A stretch of DNA of 61,253 nt, the filler included. It is 5 parts of 5 records of this genome, joined end to end, with 100 filler letters (N's around TTAATTAATTAA, not from the genome) between each part and the next. Parts side by side here need not be neighbours in the genome. Positions count along the whole stretch, not along the records: positions 52,673 to 61,253 come from DRR723986_6721; 4 more parts are not named here. One strand, written 5' to 3'. The notes under the pieces are model-generated. The model searched no databases. It worked only from the letters and a program-made list of their open reading frames with translations, and had not been told where the DNA came from. Shown here in pieces: positions 58,937 to 61,253 of the stretch (the stretch's first letter is position 1; every line of letters begins with the position of its first letter). A program made the position numbers and the translations under genes.

Positions 58937-60058
58937 ATGACCGACATTGTGATCAGTGGCACCGGCCTGTTTACACCCGAGGCCTCAATCAGTAACAGTG
59001 AACTGGTTGAGTCCTTCAATGCCTATGTCGACAGCCACAATGCCGAACACGCGGATGCCATTGCCAGCGGTGACATGCCGGCGTTGCAGCACTCGTCGGT
59101 AGAGTTCATCGAGAAAGCCTCGGGCATCAAGTCCCGCTACGTGATCAACAAGGACGGTATCCTGGATCCGCAGCGTATGGTGCCGCGGATTCCAGAGCGG
59201 CCCAATGACGAGCCCTCGGTTATGTGCGAGATGGCCTTGAGCGCTGCGCGCGAGGCCATGCAGCGGGCGGGTAAACGCGCCGAGGACATCGACGCAGTCA
59301 TCGTCGCCGCATCCAATATGCAGCGCGCCTACCCCGCCATGGCGGTAGAAATCCAGGACGCGCTGGGTATCGAGGGCTACGGGTTTGACATGAACGTGGC
59401 CTGCTCCTCTGCGACCTTCGGCATCCAGCAGGCCAGGGACAGTGTCGCCAACGGCAGCGCTCGCTGCGTGCTGATGGTGAATCCGGAAATCTGCAGTGGC
59501 CACCTGAATTTTCGCGACCGGGACTCACACTTCATCTTCGGGGACGTGTGCACGGCCGTCATCGTGGAGCGGGCCGAAACCGCGACCTCGCAAGACCAGT
59601 ACCTGATTCTGGACAGCAAGCTGCAAACGATTTATTCCAACAACATCCGCAATAACTTCGGCTTCCTCAATCGGGCAGACGAAGCCGGTATCGGCAAGGT
59701 AGACAAACTTTTCGTGCAGGAAGGGCGCAAGGTATTCAAGGAAGTCTGCCCGGCGGTCGCCAGCCAGATCAGCGCGCAGCTGGACAGCCTCGGTGTCGCC
59801 CCGGACCAGCTAAAACGGATGTGGCTGCACCAGGCGAACCTGAGCATGAACCAGCTGATCGCAAAGCGTGTGCTGGGGCGAGATGCGACCGCAGAGGAAG
59901 CACCGACCATCCTCGACGAATACGCCAACACCAGTTCCGCGGGGTCGGTCATCGCCTTCCACAAGCACCGGGCAGACTTTGCCAGCGGCGAGCTGGGGGT
60001 ACTGTGCTCCTTCGGCGCCGGCTACAGCATCGGCAGTGTGGTGCTCAAAAAACTCTGA
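58937..60058 (+). CDS. Beta-ketoacyl-ACP synthase III (long FabH-like, PA3286 type)
   Basis: Cys-His-Asn triad VACSS / LHQAN / ANTSSA, and SFGAG. Confidence 0.88.
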   Translation: MTDIVISGTGLFTPEASISNSELVESFNAYVDSHNAEHADAIASGDMPALQHSSVEFIEKASGIKSRYVINKDGILDPQRMVPRIPERPNDEPSVMCEMALSAAREAMQRAGKRAEDIDAVIVAASNMQRAYPAMAVEIQDALGIEGYGFDMNVACSSATFGIQQARDSVANGSARCVLMVNPEICSGHLNFRDRDSHFIFGDVCTAVIVERAETATSQDQYLILDSKLQTIYSNNIRNNFGFLNRADEAGIGKVDKLFVQEGRKVFKEVCPAVASQISAQLDSLGVAPDQLKRMWLHQANLSMNQLIAKRVLGRDATAEEAPTILDEYANTSSAGSVIAFHKHRADFASGELGVLCSFGAGYSIGSVVLKKL

Positions 60059-60100
60059 TTACAGTCCAGGGCCCGCGCTGACCTTGCGGGCCACCAGCGC

Positions 60101-61159
60101 CTAGCGCAGTGCATCCCCGAGGCAGCGCACCAGCGCGGCACACTCCTCCTCGGTGCCGACACTGATCCGCAGGAATTCCGCTATCCGCTCCTGGTTCCAG
60201 TGCCGGACGATGATGCCCTCCTCCCGCAATATCGCATACAGGTTCTGAGCAGCATGCGCCGGATGCCGGACAAAAACGAAGTTCGCGCTTGAGGGCAGGA
60301 TCTCGAAGCCCAGGCTGTCCAATGCGGCGACCAGGCTGTTGCGGTTGGCGATCACCTGCATACGACAGCGCTGGAAATAGTCCTCATCGTCGAACGCGGC
60401 AATCGCCGCCTGCTGAGCCACAGCATCGAGGGGATAGGAATTGAAAGAGTCCTTTACCCGGGTCAGCCCTTCTACAAGATGCCGCTGGGCCAGCGCGAAA
60501 CCAACCCGCAAGCCCGCGAGGGCGCGCGACTTGGACAGGGTCTGGACCACGACCAGGTTGTCAAACTCCGGCACCAGGACAGCCGCTGACTCTGCCCCGT
60601 AATCGACATAGGCCTCATCAATGACGACCAGGGCATCGCGATTGGCCTCCAGCAATTCGCGAATCGCGGGCAACGCGAGGGCGATGCCGGTAGGCGCATT
60701 GGGATTGGGAATGATGATGGCACCGCGGCCTGCGACATAATCGGACACCCGCAGCGAGTAGTCAGCCGCCAGCGGCACCTGCCGACAGGCGATACCGTAG
60801 AGCTTGCACCACACAGGATAAAAGCTGTAGCTGATGTCGGGAAACAGCAGCGGGTCCTGGTGATTGAGCAGCCCCTGGAACAGATGCCCCAGCACCTCGT
60901 CAGACCCGTTACCAACGAACACCTGGTCTTCCTGCAGCCCGTGGTAGGACGCAATGGTACGGCAAAGCGCAAGGCTGGTCGGGTCGGGGTAGCGACGCAG
61001 CTGGTCCGGGGTAATCCCCGCAACAGCTGCCAGCACCATCGGCGAGGGCGGATAAGGACACTCGTTGGTATTGAGTTTTACCAGCCGATCATGGCGCGGC
61101 TGCTCCCCGGGTACATAGGGGGTCAGCTGATGGGTAATGTCACTCCAGAATCGGCTCAT
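60101..61159 (-). CDS. hisC: Histidinol-phosphate aminotransferase
   Basis: PYVPGEQ, KLNTNE, GNGSDE, NPNAPTG, DEAY, TLSKSRALAGLRVG. Confidence 0.9.
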   Translation of the reverse strand: MSRFWSDITHQLTPYVPGEQPRHDRLVKLNTNECPYPPSPMVLAAVAGITPDQLRRYPDPTSLALCRTIASYHGLQEDQVFVGNGSDEVLGHLFQGLLNHQDPLLFPDISYSFYPVWCKLYGIACRQVPLAADYSLRVSDYVAGRGAIIIPNPNAPTGIALALPAIRELLEANRDALVVIDEAYVDYGAESAAVLVPEFDNLVVVQTLSKSRALAGLRVGFALAQRHLVEGLTRVKDSFNSYPLDAVAQQAAIAAFDDEDYFQRCRMQVIANRNSLVAALDSLGFEILPSSANFVFVRHPAHAAQNLYAILREEGIIVRHWNQERIAEFLRISVGTEEECAALVRCLGDALR

Positions 61160-61172
61160 TACAGGCACTCAC

Positions 61173-61199
61173 AAAAAACCCGGCTCATTGACCGGGCTT
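61173..61199 (-). terminator. Intrinsic terminator downstream of the tRNA
   Basis: Minus strand AAGCCCGG-tcaatgag-CCGGG-TTTTTT. Confidence 0.75.
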
Positions 61200-61227
61200 G
61201 TTGCTGCCCCGTGCCGGGGCAGAAAAA

Positions 61228-61253
61228 TGGCGTCCCCTAGGGGGTTCGAACCC
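61228..61253 (-). tRNA. tRNA-Glu, 3' fragment (cut by the window edge)
   Basis: Minus strand GGGTTCGAACCCCCTAGGGGACGCCA: T-loop, acceptor stem and CCA typical of gammaproteobacterial tRNA-Glu. The anticodon is not visible. Confidence 0.8.

Overview
This window is not one continuous locus. It is five unrelated contigs joined by 100-nt artificial spacers (N44-TTAATTAATTAA-N44), so gene neighbourhoods across spacers are meaningless. Taxonomic labels below are my inference from protein style. (1) 1-21147, Marinobacter-like gammaproteobacterium: a truncated Pro/Glu-rich lipoprotein, cysQ, a beta-CASP MBL hydrolase, sodC, a dihaem cytochrome c, and the pilA/pilBCD-coaE type IVa pilus locus. Directly downstream of pilA is an AT-rich glycosylation island: TMTC/TfpW-like GT-C, DPM1-like GT2, Wzx flippase, two methyltransferases and three GT4s. 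(2) 21248-35440, Roseibium/Labrenzia-like alphaproteobacterium: GGDEF-EAL protein, kynB plus a HAAT ABC transporter, a 173-bp cruciform repeat, two HI0933 flavoproteins, LacI, rirA and hemP with IRO-like boxes, and a degenerate REC/HD protein. (3) 35541-41421, Rhodobacteraceae benzoyl-CoA box cluster, including an uncalled 53-aa CxxCxxCxxxC protein coupled to boxA. (4) 41522-52572, Roseobacter-group cluster with two GcvT-family amine dehydrogenases. (5) 52673-61253, Halieaceae-like sucA-sdhBADC-gltA, KAS III, hisC and a partial tRNA-Glu. The best candidates for undescribed biology are the pilin glycosylation island and the small Cys-rich protein between boxB and boxA.
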